64,000 nucleotides of DNA from Candidatus Altimarinota bacterium. Lineage in GTDB: Bacteria; Patescibacteriota; Gracilibacteria; UBA4473. The stretch is taken from positions 544,001 to 608,000 of the forward strand of contig OZ246423.1 in assembly GCA_965231215.1 (NCBI GenBank), in the 5' to 3' direction. Positions 47,721 through 57,136 of the stretch are shown here, piece by piece; positions within the stretch are counted from its first letter, which is position 1; the number at the start of each line of letters is the position of its first letter. The position numbers and the translations under genes were made by a program. The notes below the pieces were generated by a model. The model saw only the letters and a list, made by a program, of their open reading frames with translations. It searched no databases and was not told the DNA's origin.

Positions 47721-48590
47721 ATGGAAATTATTCAAGTAAGAGACCTTTTACGATATAAAGTTCTAACAGTTCCAGCCCCAGAGGCAACAGAGCTTGGCTT
47801 TAAGCAATCTATACTTTTAAAAGGCAAAAGAGAATCTGTTGTAGCCGAAGTTGTAGGCCTGGCCAGGAAACTACCGGGAGCCAAGGTTGATGAAGAATTT
47901 AAATTTGAAAAAGTACTCACTTTGAAAGACATTGAAAGCTATAAAAAATCTCAAACAGGGGAAGAAAAACGTCTCCAAGGAGCCCAAAAAGAAGCCGATA
48001 AATTAGGTTTAAATATGTACTTTTTTGCTTCTCAAATTGGGTGGCAGGGGAAGGTAGTTTCTTTTCTTTTTACGTCAGAAAATCCGGTAGATTTTAGAGA
48101 TCTACTCAAAGAATTAACCAAAATAACTACCGGCAGGATACACCTTCAAAGAGTAGATCCTCGTGATCGAGCCGACATTATTGGTGGGCCACGATGCTGT
48201 GGCCGCCCAGAGTGCTGTGATATTCACATATCGCATAAAAAGATTTCACTAGACGCCGTACGAGACCAGGGAATTATGATTAAAAATAATTCCAAAATTT
48301 ATGATGTAAGTGGCAAACTAAAACGCTGCCTGCTCCATGAAGTAGATCTCTATAAAAAGTACCGAAAATTCCTTCCACATCTTAAACAAGAAGTAACGAT
48401 TGAAGGCAAAAAGGCTCGAGTGACAGGTTTAGATATTCTTAACGGAAACGTAAAAGTAGTTTTTGCTGATACTGATGTTGTAGAAAATGTTCCCGTGGAG
48501 TTAGTTGAATATCCAAACAAGCAAGCCTTCCCTCGTGAACCATTAAAAATTGAAATGCCTGAAATAGATATTGAAGGGGTAGGAATATAA
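47721..48590 (+). CDS. PSP1-domain protein (RicT/YaaT-like)
   Basis: FTSENPVDFRDLLKEL, RIHLQRV, GGPRCCGRPECC. Confidence 0.82.
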   Translation: MEIIQVRDLLRYKVLTVPAPEATELGFKQSILLKGKRESVVAEVVGLARKLPGAKVDEEFKFEKVLTLKDIESYKKSQTGEEKRLQGAQKEADKLGLNMYFFASQIGWQGKVVSFLFTSENPVDFRDLLKELTKITTGRIHLQRVDPRDRADIIGGPRCCGRPECCDIHISHKKISLDAVRDQGIMIKNNSKIYDVSGKLKRCLLHEVDLYKKYRKFLPHLKQEVTIEGKKARVTGLDILNGNVKVVFADTDVVENVPVELVEYPNKQAFPREPLKIEMPEIDIEGVGI

Positions 48591-48591
48591 T

Positions 48592-49197
48592 TTAAAGAGC
48601 CGAACGCGACACAAACAAAACCAGCATCCCCATACCACACAATACCCAAAAGGCCGTCATTTTAGGTTTGTGGATCCAATCTCTTTCAAGTTTTTTTTGC
48701 AAAAGTTTTTCTACCTCTCCAACTTTAATCTGAGGATTCTGTTTAAAAGCTAAGGCAATTTCAGAAAAATTAATCCGGCTCAACATCATCCGTGCCACCA
48801 ATGGCAGTTCTTTAAACAGGTGATTACTTTTGACCTTTTTATGCGCTAAAACCACTTCACGATGATCACACAATTTTTGCGCACAAAAATGAGTTATAGG
48901 CTCTTTGTAGTGATCATAAATACTATAAAAAGCCCGTGAAAACGCATAATCTTTCCCAAACCAAAAAAATAAAAACGGCAATATAACCAAGAAAAACAAA
49001 ACCAATCCCAAAACAATAACGCATTTAAGAGCCGCTTCACTCTCCAGCCCACACAACCCAAATTTGGGTAGTAAAAAGAGCACAATCCCCCAAGAAAAAA
49101 ATATACCTCCCACAACAAATATAAGCGTTCTGGTAATTACCCCTGTCACTACTTGAGAGGTGATTTCAAAAAAATTTAGAGATTCTTTTTTTTTCAT
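48592..49197 (-). CDS. Hypothetical membrane protein
   Basis: Three hydrophobic segments. Confidence 0.6.
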   Translation of the reverse strand: MKKKESLNFFEITSQVVTGVITRTLIFVVGGIFFSWGIVLFLLPKFGLCGLESEAALKCVIVLGLVLFFLVILPFLFFWFGKDYAFSRAFYSIYDHYKEPITHFCAQKLCDHREVVLAHKKVKSNHLFKELPLVARMMLSRINFSEIALAFKQNPQIKVGEVEKLLQKKLERDWIHKPKMTAFWVLCGMGMLVLFVSRSAL

Positions 49198-49406
49198 GAT
49201 TTAAGATCATATTTTAAATCTTTTGGATCATCAACCTCTATAACTCGCCAAATACCATCTGCACAAAGCTTGGCTTCGAGCAAAAGCCCTTTGTCTATTG
49301 CCGGAATATTAGATTTTGTTTGACGAGGTTCGTCTGGAGCCTCTCCAGAAATATGATCTGGAGGGAACCTATCAAAAAAAACAAAACGAGCAGATTCAAA
49401 GTTCAT
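49194..49406 (-). CDS. Small hypothetical protein
   Basis: 70 aa; ATGA overlap with the downstream gene. Confidence 0.45.
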   Translation of the reverse strand: MNFESARFVFFDRFPPDHISGEAPDEPRQTKSNIPAIDKGLLLEAKLCADGIWRVIEVDDPKDLKYDLKS

Positions 49407-49424
49407 TACATAAATTCTAAATGA

Positions 49425-50174
49425 TTATTCAACCATTTCCCACATAAGTTCAAACATTTCTTTGTACATCGCAATAACAGCTGGATTTTCTATCACAAAA
49501 ACTACCTCAGGTGTGCCTGTCTGGTGAATAAACATAAAACGAGTAGAGATAAGTTTAATCGCTTTAAAGGTTCTTTTGGTAGGTAGTATTTTGACAGACG
49601 TTTTATAACTTTCTTGGTTCTTTTGGTATTCCCGAGCCATCGGACAATCAAAAAAAATCGACCGCCCCTCACGCATTACCTCTCTCCGGCGAATTGGCCA
49701 TTTTGCAAAAAAATCAGGATCTGTGTTATACCAATCCTCTAAGTTACCAAAAACTAAATAATCATCAGAAGGTTTAAGCTGATCCAACATCCACTCGTAT
49801 GCGCTGTACATAGCTTCTTTTCCACGATATACACGAATCAAACTCTGCGTAGCATGACTTCCATGGAGCGCTTCCAATTCTGGCAAACAGACCTCCAATT
49901 CCTGTCTTTGCCGAGCCAAATGCTGTTCTAGATTTTTGGGAGGCAGGGCTTCATACAGTTTTTTAAATCCATGAATCTGGATATTCATGAGTCCCTTTTG
50001 CTCTAGATGTTCGATCACCGTATAAATCGTAGAGCGTTTTATTTCCGAAACTCGAGACAACTGCAAAACCGTACAAGGTCCCAACTCCAAAGCGGTTAAA
50101 TAAATGTCTGACTCTTTATCAGATAGACCTATTATTTTGAGCTTATTTTTGAGGTCTTTTTTGATATATTTCAT
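49425..50174 (-). CDS. TrmB family transcriptional regulator
   Basis: IGLSDKESDIYLTALELG, IKRSTIY, LEQKGL, FELMW. Confidence 0.9.
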   Translation of the reverse strand: MKYIKKDLKNKLKIIGLSDKESDIYLTALELGPCTVLQLSRVSEIKRSTIYTVIEHLEQKGLMNIQIHGFKKLYEALPPKNLEQHLARQRQELEVCLPELEALHGSHATQSLIRVYRGKEAMYSAYEWMLDQLKPSDDYLVFGNLEDWYNTDPDFFAKWPIRRREVMREGRSIFFDCPMAREYQKNQESYKTSVKILPTKRTFKAIKLISTRFMFIHQTGTPEVVFVIENPAVIAMYKEMFELMWEMVE

Positions 50175-50177
50175 TTT

Positions 50178-50196
50178 TTGTCGAAATTCTTGACAA
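50178..50196. promoter_or_regulatory. Candidate TrmB operator TTGTC-N9-GACAA
   Basis: Perfect 5-bp inverted repeat immediately upstream of the regulator start. Confidence 0.4.
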
Positions 50197-50295
50197 CAAA
50201 ATTATATCAAAAACAAAAGCAAAAAGCGATTATTTAAAGTTTTTAAAAACTTTTTTCATAAATTTTGACAAAAATATTTAAATATGGTTATCAAG

Positions 50296-50394
50296 CGGAA
50301 GGTTTTTAGAGTCCGGACTTCTAGAAATCAATGCGCTAAACAAAATTTCATCCTCCTCGTAAAAACCTGAGAAGTCCGGACTCTTAAACCTCCG
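50296..50394. repeat. REPIN-like element: two inverted copies of an AGTCCGGACT palindromic unit
   Basis: Arms 50296-50322 and 50370-50394 share a perfect 15-bp inverted core (AGAAGTCCGGACTCT); same palindrome flanks the RAYT gene. Confidence 0.75.
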
Positions 50395-50398
50395 ACAA

Positions 50399-51439
50399 AT
50401 GGAAAAATCAAATTTCGAATTACTACTCACTCAAGACGTACTCAAGATTGCTGAAAATATTACTCCAGTGCTAGAACATTTTTCAAAACATCTACCAAGT
50501 TACAAATCAATTGTAGACCACGTTCAAGCACACGGCACCTTCCCTCCATCACAAAAGATAAAGGACCTCACATTAGCCCAAAACATACTCGAACATTTTA
50601 GCCAAATCGTCGGCAACACCCGGCAAGATGTCCAAGAAATTGAAGGTGTTCAGGTCATCTATAAGTACGAATCAGAGAACCCTTCTGGAAGTCACTATGA
50701 CCGAGCCTACCCAGCCATTCTTGCACCGCTACTAGAAAGAATCGTTAAGTCTGACAAAACTCTGCTTGAGCTTTCATCGGGATCAGCAGGGATTTCTATT
50801 GCCCTTATTTCATGGCTCTTAGGAATCAATCTAGAGCTCTATATGCCAGATTCACCGTTCAAACTTCGACCAGCTATTCCTAGGGCCTTAGGTGCCAAAG
50901 TATACTTAACTCCAATTGAAGAAGGTGTAGAGGGGGCAAGTAAAGCTATAAATAGAATCATAACTAACCGATCAAAATATCGAGGAAAGCTATTTTTAAA
51001 TCACTCCCAAAAAGAAACCTCCCTTAGCCCCGTAGGAAAACTTGTAGATGAGATACAAGAAAGAATAGATCATGCCATTCTAGTTCACGGTAACGGCACC
51101 TTCATGAGAGCCGTTGGGGAAGCGCTGCCTATAAAAACAAAAGTTTGGGGCACTCGATATAAAGACAACCCAAGCAAAGCATTGCAAATGCCTGGAAACG
51201 ACGAAGTAAATATTGATTTCCTCCACCACGATGCCTACCAACCAAATGAAAAAATCACCATTTCAATGAAAGCAGTAGAAGACTGGCAGCAAGACCCAAA
51301 AAGAAAAAGAGACTACGGCCTTACTAGTAGTTTGGTACGAGTAGTAGGCGAAAAACTTATCAAAGAGGGTAAAATCAAGCCTGGTGAAACCGTACTCATT
51401 CCAGATTACGAACCAGGTCACAGGTGTGAAACTTTCTAA
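50399..51439 (+). CDS. Cysteine-synthase-like (PLP fold type II) protein lacking the canonical Schiff-base lysine
   Basis: YKYESENPSGSHYDR (canonical KxExxNPxGSxKDR), ELSSGSAGIS, ALGAKV, HGNGT. Confidence 0.75.
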   Translation: MEKSNFELLLTQDVLKIAENITPVLEHFSKHLPSYKSIVDHVQAHGTFPPSQKIKDLTLAQNILEHFSQIVGNTRQDVQEIEGVQVIYKYESENPSGSHYDRAYPAILAPLLERIVKSDKTLLELSSGSAGISIALISWLLGINLELYMPDSPFKLRPAIPRALGAKVYLTPIEEGVEGASKAINRIITNRSKYRGKLFLNHSQKETSLSPVGKLVDEIQERIDHAILVHGNGTFMRAVGEALPIKTKVWGTRYKDNPSKALQMPGNDEVNIDFLHHDAYQPNEKITISMKAVEDWQQDPKRKRDYGLTSSLVRVVGEKLIKEGKIKPGETVLIPDYEPGHRCETF

Positions 51440-52956
51440 TGTAAAAAGCTTCGCATACCCGTCAGCACCGTCGCAATCCCGAGTTCATCACATTTAGCGA
51501 AAACATCCGCATCTCCTTTGGCTCCGCCTGGTTGAATCACCGCCGCAATACCCCCTGCTCCAGCCGCTTCCACACTGTCTGGGAAGGGGAAGAAGGCATC
51601 ACTGGCAATAACCGCTCCTTTAGCATTTTCACCAGCATGGTTAAGCGCAATCTCCATCGCTTCTACGCGGGAAGTTTGTCCTCCGCCTTTTCCAATCATG
51701 ACGCCGTCTTTAACCACCACAATGGCGTTTGATTTTACAATTTTGACCATTTTCCACGCAGCTATTAAGTCCTGCATTTGGGATTTCGTTGGTTTTTGGA
51801 TCGTTGGTATTTCTAGACTACTAAAATCTGGAAGCTGAATATCGGCTTCTTGAGCCAGAGTTCCTCCTCGAACCCGCTTCAATACTAGATCTCGAGTTTG
51901 CCCCTCACTAAAGGCTGGAATTTCAAGTACTCGCAGATTTTGTTTTGTTTTTAATACTTCCAACGCCTCATCATCATAACCCGGCGCCATCACAATCTCG
52001 TTAAAGAAACTCACAATTTGCTGGGCCGTAGCTTTATCACACGTTCTATTGAGCGCTATAACTCCACCAAAAGCAGAGAGCCTATCGGCTTCATACGCTT
52101 TGCGAAACGCTTCAGCAATAGATTCCCCAATAGCCGCTCCACAAGGAGTCGCATGCTTGATGATAGTGGCGAAAGCTGGATCATCTTTTCCAGCAAAACT
52201 AAGGGCCAACTCTAAAGCCCCGGCGCTATCTCCAAAATTATTATAAGAAAGCGGTTTTCCATTTAGCTGTTTCGCCCCAACTAAAAGCGGACCACTCGCA
52301 AATGGATCTACCAAGGTAACGGCCGTCTGATGTGGATTTTCTCCATACCGAAGTTGTCCTTTTTTTTCTGCATCTTTGGTTTCTTCTGCCCAGAATTTGG
52401 CAATAAGCAGATCATAGTGAGCTGTCATTTCAAAAACTTTTGTGGCTAAATCTTTTCGAGTGGCTAAAGAAATAGCGCCTGACTCAAGCTCAGAAATAAT
52501 CCGGCCGTAATCGAATGGATCCACTATCGGAGCACAAAATTCATAATTTTTCGCTGCGGCTCGAATCATAGAAGGCCCACCAATATCAATATTCTCTACT
52601 TTATCTTTGAAAGATTTTTGAACGTCTTCATATGTCGCTTTAAATGGATAGAGATTCACACACACAATATCTATATCCTCAATATTATTGGCCTTACAAA
52701 ACTGCTGATGTTCAGCGTTGTCTCGCAGATTTAATACGCCACCAAAAATTTGTGGCGTTAAGGTTTTGATTCGGCCCTCTAGCCCTTCTGGAAAACCCGT
52801 AAAATCAGCTACTTCCATAAGGTTTTGAACTCCAGCCTCACTTAGAGCTCGGTAGGTTCCTCCAGTCGAAAGTATTCTAAATCCAAGTCGTTCTAAATCC
52901 TTACCAAATTCAACGATACCAGTTTTGTCCGAAACCGAAATGAGGGCTGTTTTCAT
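51436..52956 (-). CDS. purH: Bifunctional AICAR transformylase / IMP cyclohydrolase
   Basis: ALISVSDKTG, STGGT, IDIGGPSMIRAAAKN, LRYGENPHQ, SDAFFPF, IQPGG. Confidence 0.97.
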   Translation of the reverse strand: MKTALISVSDKTGIVEFGKDLERLGFRILSTGGTYRALSEAGVQNLMEVADFTGFPEGLEGRIKTLTPQIFGGVLNLRDNAEHQQFCKANNIEDIDIVCVNLYPFKATYEDVQKSFKDKVENIDIGGPSMIRAAAKNYEFCAPIVDPFDYGRIISELESGAISLATRKDLATKVFEMTAHYDLLIAKFWAEETKDAEKKGQLRYGENPHQTAVTLVDPFASGPLLVGAKQLNGKPLSYNNFGDSAGALELALSFAGKDDPAFATIIKHATPCGAAIGESIAEAFRKAYEADRLSAFGGVIALNRTCDKATAQQIVSFFNEIVMAPGYDDEALEVLKTKQNLRVLEIPAFSEGQTRDLVLKRVRGGTLAQEADIQLPDFSSLEIPTIQKPTKSQMQDLIAAWKMVKIVKSNAIVVVKDGVMIGKGGGQTSRVEAMEIALNHAGENAKGAVIASDAFFPFPDSVEAAGAGGIAAVIQPGGAKGDADVFAKCDELGIATVLTGMRSFLH

Positions 52957-53081
52957 AAAAGTATAACAAATGTTTAAGTCGCGCTTCTCATATGTGGTTT
53001 ATTTTTTTGAAGCGCCAAAATAATAACGATAAAATAAAAAAGAAATATATTGACATATTTTGTAAAATATTTATTTAAATA

Positions 53082-53741
53082 TTGATGAGAAAAAGATTTG
53101 TATACCCCCTTCTAGCAATGTTGGCTCCGGGGTCTGCCACAGCATCACTCCCCCCAGAAACGAATTTTCTAACTCCGGCAAATCCCAGAGCAAAAGCAAA
53201 GGCTCCCCTTATTAAACCGGAACATATAGGGCCCCCTGAATCCTTTCATGAAATGTTTGAAGATCTAGCTTCTAGTGTAGTAGGAGAATGTTTGCAGGGG
53301 AGAGGCTCTTCCGAAATTCTTGGTGAAGAAATTTTAAATTTAATTAATAAAGCAGTATCATTAAGAATCAATGAAATTTTGCTTACAACAGACAGTTCTA
53401 AGAATCAAGATCAGCTAGAAAGACTGGAGACTCAAATTAATGCTATTAATAGCCGCTTATTTGGAACCACCTGGAGCCAAAAAATACCAACTACTCTGAC
53501 CACATCAGACGGCACACAATCGAGCCAGGATATTCTAGTAGAAGTTACCTTTAGTGGTTTATGTGCCAGCCCTATGGCCGTTGAGGTTAAAGCGCTCTCA
53601 CTACAACAAGGCCCTAAACGAATACCCATTCAACTTAGTCCTGATTTTGAAAGACAGATATTTAAAGATCTTTATGCCCAGTTCCCGTGGTTGAAAGGTC
53701 TCTTTTTTAAAGATAAAGAAAAGACTCCTCCAAAAAATTAG
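53082..53741 (+). CDS. Secreted hypothetical protein
   Basis: Signal-like N-terminus, no family motif. Confidence 0.55.
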   Translation: MMRKRFVYPLLAMLAPGSATASLPPETNFLTPANPRAKAKAPLIKPEHIGPPESFHEMFEDLASSVVGECLQGRGSSEILGEEILNLINKAVSLRINEILLTTDSSKNQDQLERLETQINAINSRLFGTTWSQKIPTTLTTSDGTQSSQDILVEVTFSGLCASPMAVEVKALSLQQGPKRIPIQLSPDFERQIFKDLYAQFPWLKGLFFKDKEKTPPKN

Positions 53742-54799
53742 CGATCCCACTTCCCCTTGTCCATATTTTCAAGCGCCAGTTTGAGCAAGTCCATAGTGGC
53801 AATAATGTCAGTCTCGTGACACATTTCTACTTCCTGATGCATGTTTCGCAGAGGAACAGAAAGACCGCCAGTAATACAGCCTTGTTCGGTCATCATCTGC
53901 ATTGCCCAAGCGTCAGTTCCTCCAGCATCAAGAACTTCAATCTGGTATGGAATTTTTTTCTTATCGGCGAGTTTTTTTAGATAATCTACTAGCCGAGGAT
54001 CAGCAATAACCACACGGTTCATAACATCAATTGAAGTTCCCCCACCAAGTTTATTAATTTGCTCATGAGCCGTGACTCCAGGAATATCATTAGCAAGTGT
54101 TACATCTAAACAAATCCCAATATCTGGCTGAATTCGATGTACCGCTACCTTGGCTCCACGAATACCCACTTCTTCCTGGGTTGTAAAAACAGCATAAAAA
54201 TCATATGGGATTTTTTTAAGTTTTTTCACTACCTCAATCAGCACAAAAACCAGCATTCTATTATCTAAAGATTTTCCATTCACACATTTTCCCATTTGAA
54301 TGAAATCTCGTTTCCGAGTGATAGGGTTTCCAACTGAAATAAATTTTTCTACTTCTTTTTTGGAGAGACCCGTATCAATAAAAAAATCTTTTAATTCTGG
54401 GTTTTTCTTTCGTTCTTCTTGCCCCATAAGATGAATGGCTTTCCCTCCCATAACCCCCACGATGTCTTCTTTGTCTCCATGAATAGTGACTCTTTGGGAA
54501 GAGAGTGTCTTAGGATCAAATCCTCCAAGGGGGCTAAATCGGATATACCCTTGTTCATCAATGTGGTTGACCATAAACCCAATCTCATCCATATGGGCGG
54601 CGCACATAATTTTTTTGCTTTTTTTGGCCGTTCCCTTTTTTAGAGCTACTAGATTCCCCATATTGTCCACTTCAATGCTATCAACATGAGGCGCTATTTC
54701 TCGCCTGACGATTTCGCGCACATTATCTTCAAACCCAGGCGCTCCAGCCACTTCCGAAAGTTCTTTTAAAAGAGGAATATTGATTTTGCTTTTAGCCAT
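53738..54799 (-). CDS. M42 family metallopeptidase (TET aminopeptidase)
   Basis: AHMDEIG, KSLDNR, QEEVGIRGA, GGTDA, RNMH. Confidence 0.93.
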   Translation of the reverse strand: MAKSKINIPLLKELSEVAGAPGFEDNVREIVRREIAPHVDSIEVDNMGNLVALKKGTAKKSKKIMCAAHMDEIGFMVNHIDEQGYIRFSPLGGFDPKTLSSQRVTIHGDKEDIVGVMGGKAIHLMGQEERKKNPELKDFFIDTGLSKKEVEKFISVGNPITRKRDFIQMGKCVNGKSLDNRMLVFVLIEVVKKLKKIPYDFYAVFTTQEEVGIRGAKVAVHRIQPDIGICLDVTLANDIPGVTAHEQINKLGGGTSIDVMNRVVIADPRLVDYLKKLADKKKIPYQIEVLDAGGTDAWAMQMMTEQGCITGGLSVPLRNMHQEVEMCHETDIIATMDLLKLALENMDKGKWDR

Positions 54800-54885
54800 A
54801 AACATACAAAAAATTAAAAAATATCAGGGGTATAATATTCAATTTTTACAAATACTGAACTATAATTTTAAAAACAAAAGATTCT

Positions 54886-55644
54886 ATGTTTGATAACATC
54901 AAAAATTTTCGCCCCCATCTTTCAAACAAAACCCCCGAAGTCCGGTGGTGGCATCACCTAAACTTTAAAAGAGACAGCAAAGCTCGGGAAGCGGTGGATC
55001 AACTCATGGATAACTCTCGATTAGAAGAAGGATTTTTTGTAATGTGTATGCTTTCTGGAACACTGGCTACACTCGGGATATTGCTCAATGATGTAGCCAT
55101 TTTAATTGCGGCCATGGTGCTGGCTCCTATTTTGAATCCTGTTTTGGCTTTAGCTGCAGGTATTTCCGTGATGAACAAAACGCTTATTTGGTACGCTACT
55201 AAAAGCTTTGTAGGCAGCGTAGTCTTTGTAATCATTGTGTCAGCTTTTCTGGTTAAAATATTAGCTATGCAGGGGTATAATTTTGATATTGATCCATTTT
55301 TAAGAAAGTTTTCTAGTCTGAATCACTTGCTCTTTTTAGCCGCCTTCATTTCCGGATTTTCTGGAGTTTATGCCTGGCTTAAAGCTACCAATATGGGCAA
55401 TATGATTGGGGTGGCTATTGCGGTCTCATTAATTCCATTTATTAGCTTTTTTGGAGTTTTAGTCGGGCTTGAACAATTTGAAGAACTCCATTGGTATGCC
55501 TTTACTTTTACCATAAATCTATTGGCCATAATTCTAGGGGCGACAACCGCGTTCTTGATGCTGGGATTTTCACGAGCCAAAAAAGCCATTGCTACAGAAG
55601 TCGTGATAAATGCAGCTGAAAAACCAAAAAAAGTAGAGGAATAA
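54886..55644 (+). CDS. DUF389 family membrane protein
   Basis: LATLGILLND, IAAMVLAP, GVAIAVSLIP. Confidence 0.85.
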   Translation: MFDNIKNFRPHLSNKTPEVRWWHHLNFKRDSKAREAVDQLMDNSRLEEGFFVMCMLSGTLATLGILLNDVAILIAAMVLAPILNPVLALAAGISVMNKTLIWYATKSFVGSVVFVIIVSAFLVKILAMQGYNFDIDPFLRKFSSLNHLLFLAAFISGFSGVYAWLKATNMGNMIGVAIAVSLIPFISFFGVLVGLEQFEELHWYAFTFTINLLAIILGATTAFLMLGFSRAKKAIATEVVINAAEKPKKVEE

Positions 55645-56517
55645 CTACGGCCCTTTAGGCTTCCAAAAAACCTGATTGGGGATACGCAGATCCACGTGTT
55701 CTATATTCCCTGTATAAAGATTAATTTCATCAGCCACTAGTTCTAATTTTCTCATTTGAGGTTCTAGATCAAGCCGTAGATCAAACCAAAAAACGGTATC
55801 CTGAATAGACACCAAATGCAGCTCATGAGCTATCAAAAAAAGCCGGACTTCCTCAATTACAATCTTAAAATCATTATCAAATACGCCTCGTAAATATTCA
55901 ATCTGGTCCAAATACTCTTTTGAAGTAAGTTTGCTCCCTCCTGTTAGGGATTTTCCCCAGTTCATAAGTTTGATAACGGGGAGCTTTTGATTAGCCGACT
56001 CTCCTAAAATAACACCGTCTTCCGAGATTACAGAAAACCCAGCATCAAAATCATTAAGCACGGTAAATCTAGGGGGGGAAAGCGTTAGTTTCACCTCTAA
56101 GCTAGAGGGCCATTTTTCCGTTATATGAACCGCTCTAAACTCTGGGAAAGTGTTCACCAAAGTCTGGGTGAAAGCCGCTTTGTCCAAAAATATAAGGTTA
56201 GTTCCATAAAAATCTTCTAAAGCCTTTTCTACTGCTTCAGCATTGATATGCGGATTGTCTCGGACTACGACAATTTGTTTTAGATCAAAAAAGGGAGAAA
56301 CCGTCGCAAAAACGACAAACCCCGCCATAAAAATACAAAACAAAAAAAACAACGTAGAACCACGTAAAACCTTCATAATCTGCCTGATAATGACGGTTTT
56401 CGCAATCAAATTTAAAATACGGTTTCGGGCCGTCTTAGGCTTTTGTCGGATAGTTTGGTTTGAATCCAACAAAAAGTATTTTCGTCTTTGGCGAGAGTTT
56501 CGAGACACGAAATACAA
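55645..56517 (-). CDS. FtsQ/DivIB-like cell division protein (POTRA); start uncertain
   Basis: Single TM helix, SPFFDLKQI, GTNLIF, KWPSSLEV, HVDLR. Confidence 0.75.
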   Translation of the reverse strand: MYFVSRNSRQRRKYFLLDSNQTIRQKPKTARNRILNLIAKTVIIRQIMKVLRGSTLFFLFCIFMAGFVVFATVSPFFDLKQIVVVRDNPHINAEAVEKALEDFYGTNLIFLDKAAFTQTLVNTFPEFRAVHITEKWPSSLEVKLTLSPPRFTVLNDFDAGFSVISEDGVILGESANQKLPVIKLMNWGKSLTGGSKLTSKEYLDQIEYLRGVFDNDFKIVIEEVRLFLIAHELHLVSIQDTVFWFDLRLDLEPQMRKLELVADEINLYTGNIEHVDLRIPNQVFWKPKGP

Positions 56518-56533
56518 ACTTAAAAAATAAAAC

Positions 56534-57076
56534 CTAGATACTCATAATATCTTGCTCTTTGTTTTTGGCGATTTCTTCTATGCGCTTGTTGGCTTTATCT
56601 GTGGCTTCTTGGGTCTGCGTTTCCATATCTTTTTGTGCATCTTCTGAAATTTCTCCAGCCTCTTTAAGCTCTTTAATATCATGCATTTCATCGTGACGAG
56701 CATTCCGAACCGAAATTTTGGCTTTTTCTCCAAACTCATGAACCAGTTTAACCAGGTCTCTACGACGCTCCTCGGTCATCGGCGGAACCGGTAAAAACAA
56801 ATGATCTCCCATATTTTGGGGATTGATGCCAATATTCGCCTCTTGAACGGCTTTTTCAATCGGACCAATTATCGTTTTATCCCAGGGTTCAATTTTAATA
56901 GTTTTCGGATCTGGACAACTAATATTGGCTACGGTTTTCAGAGGAACCATAGCCCCATAACTTTCGACCTCTATGTCCTCAACCAGAGCTGTATTAGCTC
57001 TTCCCGTCTGAAGAGAAGCAAACTCTTTTTGTAGATGTTCTATTGCTTTATCAATCTGTGTCTGAAATGTCGCCAT
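56534..57076 (-). CDS. frr: Ribosome recycling factor
   Basis: TGRAN, IEPWD, PPMTEERR, KISVRNAR. Confidence 0.97.
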   Translation of the reverse strand: MATFQTQIDKAIEHLQKEFASLQTGRANTALVEDIEVESYGAMVPLKTVANISCPDPKTIKIEPWDKTIIGPIEKAVQEANIGINPQNMGDHLFLPVPPMTEERRRDLVKLVHEFGEKAKISVRNARHDEMHDIKELKEAGEISEDAQKDMETQTQEATDKANKRIEEIAKNKEQDIMSI

Positions 57077-57136
57077 AAAAATAAGATTTAGAGTGCCCCC
57101 ATCCTACGAAATTTTTGGCCTGGATCAAGAACTGTC

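Noticed and set aside
52957-53081. ZTP riboswitch upstream of purH
   Set aside because: Only a GCGCTTC/GAAGCGC hairpin is present; the GACUGGCG and CGCCUGGGC elements are absent.
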